Below are positions 39,299 to 49,079 of a stretch of 64,000 nt of DNA, piece by piece. A program made the position numbers and the translations under genes. The notes under the pieces were generated by a model. It had not been told where the DNA came from and made no database searches. It saw nothing but the letters and a program-made list of their open reading frames with translations. Numbering within the stretch: position 1 is the stretch's first letter; each line of letters starts with the position of its first letter. The stretch spans positions 256,001-320,000 of the forward strand of contig CAWCXJ010000007.1 in the NCBI GenBank assembly GCA_963799485.1. Reading direction: 5' to 3'. Origin of the DNA: an uncultured Trueperaceae bacterium (GTDB taxonomy: Bacteria > Deinococcota > Deinococci > Deinococcales > Trueperaceae).

Positions 39299-39793
39299 GT
39301 GAAAACTCGCCTCGCTACCCCCGCCGACGCCGCGCCGATAGCCGAGATTTATAACCAGGGCATCGCCTCGCATTTGGCAACCTTTGAAACGACGCCGCGC
39401 AGCGCCGAAGACGTTGCGCTCTGGTTCAAAACCCCGTACCCGGTCGTGGTGATTGAAGACGCCAATAAGAATGGGGGCCGCATCGGGGCGTTTGCGGCAA
39501 CCTCGAGCTACCGCCCCCGGTCATGCTACGCGGGTATCGCCGAGTTTATGGTGTATGTCGCACTCGACAAACAGCAGCAGGGTTTGGGCAAGGCAGCGCT
39601 CGAGGCGCTCTTCCCGGTCGCCGCCGAGTGTGGGCTTTACAAGCTGGTCTCGAGGGTTTTTGTAGACAACTATGCCAGCCGCCGCCTTTTGGCCTCGGTC
39701 GGGTTTCGTGAGGTCGGCGTTTACGAGCGGCACGGCCAGCTTGCGGGTGAGTGGCGCGACGTGGTGATTGTCGAGCGGTTTTTAGATGTGTGA
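39299..39793 (+). CDS. GNAT N-acetyltransferase (phosphinothricin/ArsN1-like)
   Basis: IYNQGI....ATFET, YRPR.CY.GIAEF.VYV, GFREVG....HG.L.G.WRDV.IVE. Confidence 0.88.
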   Translation: MKTRLATPADAAPIAEIYNQGIASHLATFETTPRSAEDVALWFKTPYPVVVIEDANKNGGRIGAFAATSSYRPRSCYAGIAEFMVYVALDKQQQGLGKAALEALFPVAAECGLYKLVSRVFVDNYASRRLLASVGFREVGVYERHGQLAGEWRDVVIVERFLDV

Positions 39794-39877
39794 AGCTCGA
39801 GTGTGGTCGGGCTCGAGCAAAAGCAAAGGCAAGCGTATAAAAGAAACGCCGACAGATTGCTTTTACGGCGTCAGATC

Positions 39878-39905
39878 AAAAAACAAGCCACCCGAAGGTA
39901 GCTTG
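39878..39905 (-). terminator. intrinsic terminator of the infC-rpmI-rplT operon
   Basis: Minus strand CAAGCTACC-TTCG-GGTGGCTTG-TTTTTT. Confidence 0.85.
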
Positions 39906-39925
39906 CATCTGATATTTGGAGTTCG

Positions 39926-40276
39926 TTAAGCGCTTTTAGACAAATCTACCAAACGCTTGAACGCGTCCGGATGCTGCACCGCCAAATCGGCTAGAATCTT
40001 GCGGTTGATTTCAACGCCCGACTTGCGCAGCCCGCTCATAAAGACCGAATAGCTCAAGCCTTCCTGACGGGCAGCGGCGTTGATGCGGGCAATCCACAAC
40101 CGCCTGAAATCGTTCTTTTTGTCGCGGCGGTCGCGGTACTCGTAGTCGGCGGCGTTGAGCAGGGTTTGCTGCGCGATGCGAACACTTTTCGAGCGCATCC
40201 CCCAGAAACCCTTGGCGCGTTTTAAGATTTTCTTATGCTTGTGGCGGCGAACGACGCCGGTCTTGGCTCTTGGCAT
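39926..40276 (-). CDS. rplT: 50S ribosomal protein L20
   Basis: [33 protein letters not shown]. Confidence 0.98.
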   Translation of the reverse strand: MPRAKTGVVRRHKHKKILKRAKGFWGMRSKSVRIAQQTLLNAADYEYRDRRDKKNDFRRLWIARINAAARQEGLSYSVFMSGLRKSGVEINRKILADLAVQHPDAFKRLVDLSKSA

Positions 40277-40283
40277 CTACAAC

Positions 40284-40481
40284 CTACTCGTAAGGGAGCA
40301 AAGCGCGGATGCGCTTGGCGTCCGCTTCGGCGATGACGAGTCCGGTTCTGCCCTGACGGATGCGCTTGCCACTCTTCTTGAAGTTCAGGTGACGTTTTCC
40401 GCTCCGCATAGCCTTGACCTTACCTCGCCCTGTGATTTTGACACGGGCTTTGGTGCCCTTATGGGTCTTTTGTTTCGGCAT
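40284..40481 (-). CDS. rpmI: 50S ribosomal protein L35
   Basis: MPKQKTHKG..RVKITG.GKV. Confidence 0.97.
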   Translation of the reverse strand: MPKQKTHKGTKARVKITGRGKVKAMRSGKRHLNFKKSGKRIRQGRTGLVIAEADAKRIRALLPYE

Positions 40482-40522
40482 CTCTTCTCCTAAAGTTATT
40501 TTTGCAACCTGCTTGCGGCTAA

Positions 40523-41074
40523 CTAAGACGCTGTTGCAGTTTCCTGCTCGTCTTTTGGTGATGCGACTTTCGACGGGCCTAAGACCATGTTCATATCCAT
40601 TCCGGCGAGGTTAGGGGCAGATTCGACGACTGCCATGTCGGAAACGTCACCGGCGACGCGGTTCAAAATCTCTTGTCCGAGTTCTGGGTGCGTGCGTTCA
40701 CGACCCCGGAACATAATCGTGATTTTGACCTTGTGACCGCCTTTAAGAAAGCGTTTGACGTGGTTGACTTTGGTCGTATAGTCGTGGTCGTCGATCTTGA
40801 TGCGAAACTTGATGGCTTTCATCTCCTGCTGCCGAGACTTTTTACGGGTCTCTTTTTCCTGCTGCTGGAGTTCGTAGCGGTACTTGCCGTAATCCATCAG
40901 TTTAGCGACGGGGGGCTGGGCACCTTCGCCGACGAGTACCAGATCGGTCTCACCTTCGCGGGCCATCCGGAGTGCGTCACGGGTTTCGACGATGCCTTGC
41001 TGCTGACCGTCGGCCCCAATGAGGCGCACCTGCCTCACCCGAATCTGCTCGTTTACCTTCATCTCTCTGGCTAT
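40523..41074 (-). CDS. infC: translation initiation factor IF-3 (probable ATA start)
   Basis: NEQIR...VRLI, PPVAKLMDYGK, KVK.TIMFRGRE; GGAGGTG 6 nt before in-frame ATA. Confidence 0.96.
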   Translation of the reverse strand: MAREMKVNEQIRVRQVRLIGADGQQQGIVETRDALRMAREGETDLVLVGEGAQPPVAKLMDYGKYRYELQQQEKETRKKSRQQEMKAIKFRIKIDDHDYTTKVNHVKRFLKGGHKVKITIMFRGRERTHPELGQEILNRVAGDVSDMAVVESAPNLAGMDMNMVLGPSKVASPKDEQETATAS

Positions 41075-41252
41075 AAACGTCACCTCCAAAAGTTTGCGCT
41101 CAGGCGCATACGCCCCGCACAGCGCATCAGTGTAGCAGATTAGGCCAGGTTAAGCAACGCGCCAAAAGACGTGATGACCGGCTTTTGCCGTGCTGAACCT
41201 GCACCGTAACGCTTGCAGAGGCTTTCTCGGCGGCGCAGCGTTATCTTGAGCT

Positions 41253-42395
41253 GTGCTTGTACTGGCGTCCCTCACACTTGTACTTTGGCTTGTGCTGAGC
41301 CTAGATTGGCTTTTGGGGGTGGGGTTGGTTGACCGGTTAGCTGTTCCCGTTACGGTAAAAGAACAGCCTACGTTATCCGTTATCATTCCGGCGCTAAATG
41401 AAGAGGGAGCGATAGCGACCAGCCTCGAGTCGGTTTTACGGCAGGCCTATCCGGGGCTCGAGGTCATCGCCTTAAACGACCGCTCGACCGACCGTACCGG
41501 CGCGATTTTAGACCGGGTGCAAAGGGCGTATCCGCAGCTTCAGGTAGTTCATATCGAAACGCTGCCGGCGGGTTGGCTGGGAAAAAATCATGCGCTTCAC
41601 TTAGGCGCACAAAAGGCAAAAGGCGAGTGGCTGCTATTCACCGACGCCGACGTAAAGTTTGCGCCGGGAGCGCTCTCAGCCGCCGTAAACTACGCGCTGG
41701 AGCATGAGCTCGAGCACCTCACCGCCATCCCGCACATGACCGCGAAGGGGCCGCTGCTCAAGTCGTTTGTGGCGGCGTTTATGCTGCTCTTTTCGTACAA
41801 AGTCCTGCGTTTTTCGGGCCGAGTAACCGGTGAACACATCGGGTTGGGCGCGTTTAATCTTTTACGGCGCAGGGCGTATGAAGCTGTCGGGGGGCATACC
41901 GACATTGCCCTGCGCCCGGACGACGACCTGATGCTCGGCAAGCTCGTCAAACGGGCCGGGTTTCGGCAGAGCGCCGTGTTTGCTGCTGAGCTGATGCAAG
42001 TCGAGTGGTACACGGGCGTTAAAGAAGCCGTGCGGGGACTCAACAAAAATGCTTTTGCGGGCCTCGGCTACTCACTCCCGCTCGTACTGCTCGTTACAGG
42101 AACCCTCATCGTTACGCATATCTTTCCGTTCATTGCCGTTTTTCTGACGGCGGGTTGGGCGCAACTTGTTTACGCGCTCGTGCTGCTCGATGTTTTGCTC
42201 ATTTACGCTGTAGGCTACCGCTTTACCAAACTCAGCCCGGTTTACGCGGCGCTGCATCCGCTCGGGACGGCGGTTCTGGTTTACGCGACGCTCGAGTCTG
42301 CCTTCAAAGCGCTCGCGCAGGGCGGGATAAGGTGGCGCGGGACGTTTTATCCGCTTCAGGAGCTGAGGAAGAACAAAGTTAGAAACCGGGCGTAA
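41253..42395 (+). CDS. family 2 glycosyltransferase, membrane-bound
   Basis: SVIIPA.NEE, NDRSTD, GWLGKNHA, LFTDADV; C-terminal TM helices. Confidence 0.9.
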   Translation: MLVLASLTLVLWLVLSLDWLLGVGLVDRLAVPVTVKEQPTLSVIIPALNEEGAIATSLESVLRQAYPGLEVIALNDRSTDRTGAILDRVQRAYPQLQVVHIETLPAGWLGKNHALHLGAQKAKGEWLLFTDADVKFAPGALSAAVNYALEHELEHLTAIPHMTAKGPLLKSFVAAFMLLFSYKVLRFSGRVTGEHIGLGAFNLLRRRAYEAVGGHTDIALRPDDDLMLGKLVKRAGFRQSAVFAAELMQVEWYTGVKEAVRGLNKNAFAGLGYSLPLVLLVTGTLIVTHIFPFIAVFLTAGWAQLVYALVLLDVLLIYAVGYRFTKLSPVYAALHPLGTAVLVYATLESAFKALAQGGIRWRGTFYPLQELRKNKVRNRA

Positions 42396-42403
42396 ACGGC
42401 TAC

Positions 42404-43480
42404 TCACTTCTGTGCAGCAAGGTACTCGAGTCCTAATTGCGTTAAAGGCCCTCCAAGGTCGCCTACGTTCGCTAAAAGCCCTCCAAGGTCGCCTACGTTC
42501 GCTAAAAGCACCAAGCCTTCCCCCGTCCGGGCGTTGAACCCTAAAAAAGCCGAGTAACCTGCTGTTCCACCGTTATGCCAGACAATATTCCCGGCAGTTT
42601 TTCGTGAACGTATCCAGCCAAGCCCCTGAGCAGTAGTTTTACCTGCTTTTACTCCGGTCGCTTTTTGTGCCGCGCAGTTGGCCCTAGAGAGTGTTCCAGA
42701 CGTTTTACACGCAGTTATAGAAGCTTTCAAAAAGGTGAGTGCGTCGGTCAGTGAACCTCGAGCCGCCCCTGCTCCGGCGAGTGCGTCGAAGTCCTAGTAG
42801 CCTGCCTTGTCGCCTTCGGGCGTAAGCGGCGGTGCAACGTCTTGCAAATACCAGCCGGTCATCGTTGCGCTCCGCATCTCTAACGGCTTAAAGATACGGT
42901 TTTCAACGAGCGTTTTGTAAGGCGTTTTGGTAGCTTTTGACAAAAGCGTTCCGAGAAGGCCGAAACCGAAGTTGGAATACTCGCGGCCTTCAGGCTCGAG
43001 CCTTACCTGCTCAACTGCGTCAAAGAGCATCTTTTCGTCATACTGTGCGTAAGGGTTGTCTCCATACCGGAGCATATAAAAAAAGTTCATGTTGGGTGGC
43101 AAACGTGGCAGACCCGCAGAATGCGTCGCCAACTCTTGTAGCGTCACATCACTCCATTTTTCACCTTGCACACTTTCAGGTAGATAGGCGTTTACATTGT
43201 CTTCTAAACCGACGGCCTGTTCTTGAGCAAGTTCGGCGAGTACGATTGCCGTAAAAACTTTTGTAATCGAACCGTATTCAAACAGCGTCGCGCCGGTAAA
43301 CTCAGGATTGCCGATAAACCGCGTTGTTTGGCCTTCAGCACTGATTTGACCTACTGCGCTACCGGCGCGGTCATTCGGTAGAGCAGCTTTTAATTCGGCT
43401 TGTAGTTTAGCTAAACCGGTTGCGTTTGCGAAACCGCTATAAAGCGCGAGCAGCACGAGCATCTTTAGATAGTCGGGCAT
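42404..43480 (-). pseudogene. serine hydrolase (beta-lactamase class C/AmpH-like) with in-frame nonsense codon
   Basis: SxxK (GSITK), YSN and HNG motifs all in one frame; single TAG at 42794-42796 in Y*DFDALAGAG. Confidence 0.85.
42448..42509. repeat. exact 30-bp tandem duplication
   Basis: GCCCTCCAAGGTCGCCTACGTTCGCTAAAA x2, giving LLANVGDLGG twice. Confidence 0.95.
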
Positions 43481-43564
43481 AGTTACAATCTAGGGGCTGG
43501 ATAAGCCAGCGTCAACAGTTGCAGCTTTCACCACTAAACCTGGCGCAGCCTTAGACTTAATGTT

Positions 43565-44383
43565 ATGCAACTAGGTTACTCCCCCTGCCCCAACGACTGC
43601 TTTATCTTTTACGGCCTCGCACACGGCAAGGTCGCGCCGGAACTAGATGTAAGCGTGAGGCTCGAGGACGTCGAAACGCTCAATCAGCTCGCACGCAGCG
43701 GCACGCTGCCGGTTAGTAAAATCAGCTATCACGCGTTTTTTCACCTGTCTGAGACGTATGTGATGCTCCGCTCGGGTGGCGCGCTCGGCTTCGGCGTCGG
43801 GCCTTTAATCGTCTCAAGGAGCTCGCTAGACACGCTTTCGGGTCGCCGCGTCGCCATCCCCGGCGGCCTGACGACGGCGAACTTGCTGCTCAAACTCTCC
43901 CAAGCGGATGATGTCGAACTGCTTACGCTTCGTTACGACCGGATTATGCCCGCCGTCGCTGCTGGCGAGGTTGACGCCGGGTTGATTATTCACGAGTCGC
44001 GGTTTACTTACCCTGATTATGGACTCGTCAAACACCTCGATTTGGGTGCGTGGTGGGAAGGTGAGACGGGTTTGCCGCTGCCCTTGGGCGGCATTATGGC
44101 GAAACGTTCACTCGGTGACGCGAAGTTACGAGACCTCGCGGCCGCCGTCCGCGAAAGCCTCCGCTACGGTTACGCGCACCGCGCCGAGGCGCAGCCTTAC
44201 ATCGCCCAAAACGCGCAGGAGATGAACGTTCAGGTGATGCAGCAGCACATCGACCTGTACGTCAATGAGCTTTCGCTGGACGTAGGCAGTACGGGCGAGC
44301 GGGCGGTCGCTGAGCTTTACAGGCGCGCTTATGCACGGGGACTCGTCCCGGAGGCTCGCAAACCGTTATTCTTGGCCCAATGA
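43565..44383 (+). CDS. mqnD: 1,4-dihydroxy-6-naphthoate synthase (futalosine pathway)
   Basis: LGYSPCPND.FIF, DVETLN, GGALG.G.GP, IIHESRFTY, DLG.WWE..TGLP.PLG, HI.LYVN. Confidence 0.93.
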   Translation: MQLGYSPCPNDCFIFYGLAHGKVAPELDVSVRLEDVETLNQLARSGTLPVSKISYHAFFHLSETYVMLRSGGALGFGVGPLIVSRSSLDTLSGRRVAIPGGLTTANLLLKLSQADDVELLTLRYDRIMPAVAAGEVDAGLIIHESRFTYPDYGLVKHLDLGAWWEGETGLPLPLGGIMAKRSLGDAKLRDLAAAVRESLRYGYAHRAEAQPYIAQNAQEMNVQVMQQHIDLYVNELSLDVGSTGERAVAELYRRAYARGLVPEARKPLFLAQ

Positions 44384-44408
44384 CTGGATTTGCTAGCAAG
44401 GCTTTGAG

Positions 44409-44963
44409 ATGACCGGGTTTTTACGGCAGCTCTGGGCGGCGGCTTCCGCGCCGGAGCGTTTTTTCAGGTGGCTCGAGCCTCAACCGACCCGCACCGTGCG
44501 CGGCGGCGCAGTCGCCTACGGTAGCCTCATCGTATTCGGTCTGGCGTGTGCGCTCGGGCTTGCTCGCCTGACACGTTCGGACGCGCCGCTGCTTTTTGTC
44601 ATCTTGGCTTTGGGGGGCTCGAGCAGCTTTTTCTTGTACGCCTGGGGCTTTGGCAGCATCTTTGTGCAACGTGCCGGCGCGCTCGATTTGCGTACCTGGG
44701 AAGTCACCGGCTGGTGCTGGACACCTGCGCTCTTCGGCGCACTGTCGCTGCTGCTTCCGCTCTACTTCTTTCCGCTGCCGGCGCTCGCCCTAGCGCTCTT
44801 CGGGGTACTCGTGTGGCATTTTGTGACGCTGCACGCGGCGCTCCGGGTCTTTTTGGGGAGAAAAGCGACGCGCGTCGTGACGATCTACGGACTCTACGTT
44901 TACGCGCTGCCGCTTGTTCTTTTCGGACTCGTCGTCTGGTTTAGCGCGCAGTTTCTGGCTTAA
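44409..44963 (+). CDS. hypothetical membrane protein (Yip1-like layout)
   Basis: P..FF motif near N-terminus, about five TM segments. Confidence 0.6.
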   Translation: MTGFLRQLWAAASAPERFFRWLEPQPTRTVRGGAVAYGSLIVFGLACALGLARLTRSDAPLLFVILALGGSSSFFLYAWGFGSIFVQRAGALDLRTWEVTGWCWTPALFGALSLLLPLYFFPLPALALALFGVLVWHFVTLHAALRVFLGRKATRVVTIYGLYVYALPLVLFGLVVWFSAQFLA

Positions 44964-45697
44964 GGCTGGCTCGGCGAGTCCGCGAGAACGCCCGCAAGTC
45001 TTCGGCCCTGCAAGGCAGCCTTTTCATAAGGTAAATACCCCGCAGCGCAAACCCCGGCGGCGTACAGCCCTTTTAACCGCCCTAAGGCAAACGTTTCGGC
45101 GTCCCACTCAGCAGCGTTAAAACGCCTGCAAGCTACGGTGTAAGGTGGCGCACCGCGAGCCCCCGGAGCAGAGAGTATCACGTCATCAAAGGTAAAATCC
45201 AGGCTTACGAGGTCGTCGTAAAGGTCGTCGTAGGCCATTTCCGAAAGCCGTCCGGCGGTCTCGGTTAGTGTCCCGACCATAAGCCGCGCCCGTAAAAAGC
45301 TGCCGACGCAAAGCGCGACACGTGGGGCCGTGCGGTCTACACCTTCCCAGGTCGAGACGCCGACGACCTGCCCGTCTTGGACGCGTAAACCCGTAACGCT
45401 CGACTGCAAGAGGTGCAAGTTGGGCTCGCGCTCGAGCCTCCCCTTCGCTTTACGGTGCAGCTCGAACGTTTCTACGGTTCGAGTCTCCGTACTACCACAA
45501 AGTTCTGCAAGGAGCGTCCCCTCGGGTGGCGTCAGCTCCGCTGCGGCCCCAACGAGGTTGTAAACCGTATCGAGACTGGTCGTGACGAGCAAAACGCTGA
45601 AACCGGCCCGCGCCACCTTCAGCGCCGCCTCGCTGCCGGTCAGTCCGGCCCCGACGACGACAAGGTCGTACTCAGGGTTACCGGGGCTTGCGGACAA
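44960..45697 (-). CDS. short GidA/MnmG-related FAD-dependent protein
   Basis: VVVGAG..G.EAA, GV.TWEG, VGSFL..RL..G, AGRLSEMAYDDL, GLYAAG. Confidence 0.8.
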   Translation of the reverse strand: MSASPGNPEYDLVVVGAGLTGSEAALKVARAGFSVLLVTTSLDTVYNLVGAAAELTPPEGTLLAELCGSTETRTVETFELHRKAKGRLEREPNLHLLQSSVTGLRVQDGQVVGVSTWEGVDRTAPRVALCVGSFLRARLMVGTLTETAGRLSEMAYDDLYDDLVSLDFTFDDVILSAPGARGAPPYTVACRRFNAAEWDAETFALGRLKGLYAAGVCAAGYLPYEKAALQGRRLAGVLADSPSQP

Positions 45698-45699
45698 TG

Positions 45700-46281
45700 C
45701 TACTCGTCAAACCCGTCTAAGAGCGGAAACGGTTGCCGCCGTCCGGGAGCGCGTAAAAGCAGATGTTTGCCGCCGTCGGTACGCTGGTAGAGCAAAATGC
45801 CTTTGGGTTGTCCCAGCAGCTCTGTTGGCCCCGGCGCGTCGACCATCACCCGCAGGTGCAGCGGCAAGCTGGTTTTAGGGCGGCCCAGCTCGTAACGTTC
45901 ACTCTCGCCGATGCGGTAGCCGAAAAACACATCCGACGGGACATTGCTGTAGACCGCCGTCAACGACTGCGCCTCACCTGCCCGGTAGAGCGCCAGCGCC
46001 TCCCAGGTAATCGCCTGCGCCTCCTCTTCGGAAAGCCACGTCACCTCGGCTACGCCCAGATCGCCGTAAAACGCGCCGGGAAAGTTTTTCGACTGGGTGT
46101 AAAAACCCGCACTGCCGACGACGAGTTTCATCACCGCGTTGCCGTAAGAGGTGCCCTGAATCGTGCCCTTGACGTAGGCGATAGCGAGACCGTAGCGCTG
46201 TTCGTGCAGCGTGGCGAACTCGTCCCAGTCGGGGTTGATGAGTTCGATATCGGTGTTGACTTCAAAACCGGGCATCATCAA
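45700..46281 (-). CDS. conserved hypothetical protein
   Basis: 193-aa ORF with AGGAGA RBS, co-oriented between menG and the GidA-like gene. Confidence 0.75.
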   Translation of the reverse strand: MMMPGFEVNTDIELINPDWDEFATLHEQRYGLAIAYVKGTIQGTSYGNAVMKLVVGSAGFYTQSKNFPGAFYGDLGVAEVTWLSEEEAQAITWEALALYRAGEAQSLTAVYSNVPSDVFFGYRIGESERYELGRPKTSLPLHLRVMVDAPGPTELLGQPKGILLYQRTDGGKHLLLRAPGRRQPFPLLDGFDE

Positions 46282-46303
46282 GGTAGTTCTCCTGAAAGGT
46301 ATT

Positions 46304-47065
46304 CTAGACGGGCTTTTCCCCGGTGTGCAAGGCGGACACGCCGAACGTCTGGAGCTTGTAGCGGACGCCGCTAAAACCGGCGTCCGTCATATGTTCTGCG
46401 AGCACCGCCGGGGGCGGAAATTTGAGGACGGAATCGGGCAGGTAGGTATACGCGCTTTTACGCCCCGAAACGAGGCCGCCGAGTCTGGGTAAAACCTGCA
46501 AAAAATAAAACTTGAAGACGCTACCGAACAGACCTTTGGGCGGTGGCGGAAACTCCAAGACTACAAGCCTGCCGCCCGGCCCCAGCACCCGGTAAAACTC
46601 CGCTAGACCCTTGTCGAGGTCGGCAAAATTGCGGAGGCCGTAAGCGGTGGTCAGCGCGCCAAACGACCCGTCGGGGTAGGGTAGCGCGAGCCCGTCGCCC
46701 TGCTCGAGGCTTACTGCAAGCCCCTGGTCACGGGCTTTACGGCGACCAATCTCGAGCATCGCCTCGACAAAATCGACGCCGATAATTTCTGCTTCAGGCC
46801 GGTATTTTTTAAGTGCCAGAGCCAAATCTGCTGTGCCGGTCGCCACATCTAAAACGCGCGTCGCGCCCCCGGCAAAAGCAGCCTTTACCGCATCTTTGCG
46901 CCAGCTTTTATCGAGCCCGAAACTGAGCACCGTGTTGAGCAAATCATAACGCCGCGCAATCGAGGAAAACATCGCCTGAACTTGCGCGGCCTTGCCTTCT
47001 TGAACCGTTTCGCCCCCCAAACGGGCGTCACCTTCCGGTGGTGTTGATGGCGAAGACGGTTTCAT
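46304..47065 (-). CDS. menG: demethylmenaquinone methyltransferase (UbiE/MenG)
   Basis: V..MF..IA.RYD.LN..LS.G.D..WR, LDVATGT.D, YGLRN, Y.YLP.SV. Confidence 0.93.
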   Translation of the reverse strand: MKPSSPSTPPEGDARLGGETVQEGKAAQVQAMFSSIARRYDLLNTVLSFGLDKSWRKDAVKAAFAGGATRVLDVATGTADLALALKKYRPEAEIIGVDFVEAMLEIGRRKARDQGLAVSLEQGDGLALPYPDGSFGALTTAYGLRNFADLDKGLAEFYRVLGPGGRLVVLEFPPPPKGLFGSVFKFYFLQVLPRLGGLVSGRKSAYTYLPDSVLKFPPPAVLAEHMTDAGFSGVRYKLQTFGVSALHTGEKPV

Positions 47066-47262
47066 CTAGCTAAATCTAGCACGGGCGTTTTGGTTTGAAA
47101 TGTGCCGGTACGGGTTTTGAACGAAAGATTAAAAAGATGAAGCGGAGGTGTTCGGGTTTGAACGAAGGGTTGCGACCTCTTGTTCGCTGCCGGCGCTTGT
47201 AAGCAGCTTCCTCGAGCCGACTTGCAAATCTGCAGACCGGCTCAGCCAGGTTGTGGACGGAC

Positions 47263-47562
47263 TTAACCGAGCAGCTGATGACGTGACAAAAAGCTGTCGA
47301 GCTTGGCGCGGCTGAAATTGGATAAACTCGCCGCGTCGCCGTTATATACGAGCGTCGGGACGCTGCGGCGGCCCCCGTTGACCTGCATGACAAATTCAGC
47401 CGCGCCCGGGTCTTGTTCGATGTTGACCTCGAGGTAAGGCACAGAAAGCTTCGTCAAGGCCTTTTTCGTCACCACGCAGTCGCCGCACCAGCTGGTGGTA
47501 TACATCACGAGCGTGTCGTTTGCGGTTGTTACGGCGTTTGTCGGCTCAGATAAGACAGCCAT
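47263..47562 (-). CDS. glutaredoxin-like protein (NrdH/mycoredoxin type)
   Basis: MYTTSWCGDC, NGG.RSVPT; AGGAG RBS. Confidence 0.88.
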   Translation of the reverse strand: MAVLSEPTNAVTTANDTLVMYTTSWCGDCVVTKKALTKLSVPYLEVNIEQDPGAAEFVMQVNGGRRSVPTLVYNGDAASLSNFSRAKLDSFLSRHQLLG

Positions 47563-47813
47563 CTTTGTCTCCTAAAAAATGAGAATCCGGTGCGGTCGTA
47601 CACACGTTTGCAAGGTATCAGCCGCCTGGAAACCTCTATGTATGCTGCTTGACGTATGCTGCTCGGCACGCCTCCCGAGCACTTTGTGCCAAGTTCCGAA
47701 GATGAGAGACGCTGCTGAAAAGGTACGAACGGGTAAAGTTACGGAAGACGCTGTGTGGTAGATGTGTGGACGTGAAGGTGCAGCTTTTACCCAATTTTAT
47801 CAGGAGGTCGGTT

Positions 47814-48710
47814 ATGGTGATATTCAAGCGGTGTATCGGCGTATTTGTTCTTGGGCTCGTTGTGGCAGGCGTTTACGGCGTGGCGCAAGCGCAAGACGAC
47901 GCGACCGTCGTCGGGGTGGCTGCCGCAACGCCGGACTTCAGCACCTTGGTCAGTGCGCTGGCTACTGCCGGACTGACCGAAGCGCTTCAGGGCGACGGCC
48001 CTTTTACGGTGTTTGCGCCGACCAACGAGGCGTTTGCCAAACTTTCAGAAGACGACCTAAACGCCCTGTTAGCCGACCGTGCAGCGCTGACTCGAGTCCT
48101 GATGTATCACGTGGTACCGGGCAGTTTTACGACCTCGGACATCACCGAAGACATGACGAGCTTTACGACGTTAGAGGGCAGCGAGCTGCCGATTACGCAG
48201 CAGGGTGTGGGCGACGCGGCGGTTACGGCGGTCAACATCCCGGCCTCGAACGGGGTCGTTTTTGCCATCGACACGGTGCTGATGCCGCCCGCCCAGACGG
48301 CACCGGCTGCGAGTGGCTCGGTAGGGAGCGGCAGCGCGGCGAGTGGGGGAACCGGATTGTACTCGAGTTCCGCCGAAGCGAGCGAGCGCTACTTGCTGGG
48401 CGAGGTAAACGGGAGCGGCGTAGCGGGTTCGGTGCTGGTTGCCGAGTACGGCGCAGGCCGAACGGTTATCAGCCTTTCGCTTTCGGGGACACCGGCCGGG
48501 GGTCTCTATCCGGCGACGCTTTACGTGGGCAGTTGCACCGACCTCTCCAGCGAGGTCGCCAGACTCGAGCCCGTCTCCGGTGACACCGGCTTTAGCACGA
48601 CCGTCCTCGACGTGCCCTTTGCTGAAATTGTCGGCGGCGACCATGCGCTTAACGTCACCGCTTCTGAGGGCGACGATACCGCCGTAGCGTGCGGCGAGGT
48701 CGGTCGGTAA
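47814..48710 (+). CDS. secreted fasciclin (FAS1) domain protein with a second C-terminal domain
   Basis: AGGAGG RBS, signal peptide, FSTL..AL, GPFTVFAPTNEAF, YHVVPG, ASNGV...IDTVL. Confidence 0.88.
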   Translation: MVIFKRCIGVFVLGLVVAGVYGVAQAQDDATVVGVAAATPDFSTLVSALATAGLTEALQGDGPFTVFAPTNEAFAKLSEDDLNALLADRAALTRVLMYHVVPGSFTTSDITEDMTSFTTLEGSELPITQQGVGDAAVTAVNIPASNGVVFAIDTVLMPPAQTAPAASGSVGSGSAASGGTGLYSSSAEASERYLLGEVNGSGVAGSVLVAEYGAGRTVISLSLSGTPAGGLYPATLYVGSCTDLSSEVARLEPVSGDTGFSTTVLDVPFAEIVGGDHALNVTASEGDDTAVACGEVGR

Positions 48711-49079
48711 CCCGACAAGCCCGCGTACGGTAAAGCACAAAAGAAGGCCCTTCACGAAATAAGGTGGTGGGCCTTGTTAGTGGTGAGCCTTGTCAAATGA
48801 ACAGAGGCTTTACGCCACGTCAGCTTGTTTTCAGATACCACCTGTAATGCACCAGCCTGTGACGCCGTTTCAGGCTAACTTCTAAAAAAGTCGCAGGCGT
48901 CCACTTTGTACGTGTTAGAGCGCGCAACGTGCTGTTCGGCAAATCCGTGTATACTGGGCTCTTGTGTAGCCGCCCCGAGCCTTGCTTACGCGGCCCTGTT
49001 TAGTAGATAGCTGTGAATCCGACGACCTGCCAACCGAAAAAACACCCGGCAACGCTGCCTTAATCTCAAAGGACACCCT

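Noticed and set aside
42794..42796. TAG as pyrrolysine or recoded stop
   Set aside because: Many intact genes in the window terminate at TAG, and the position fits a Trp-to-stop mutation.
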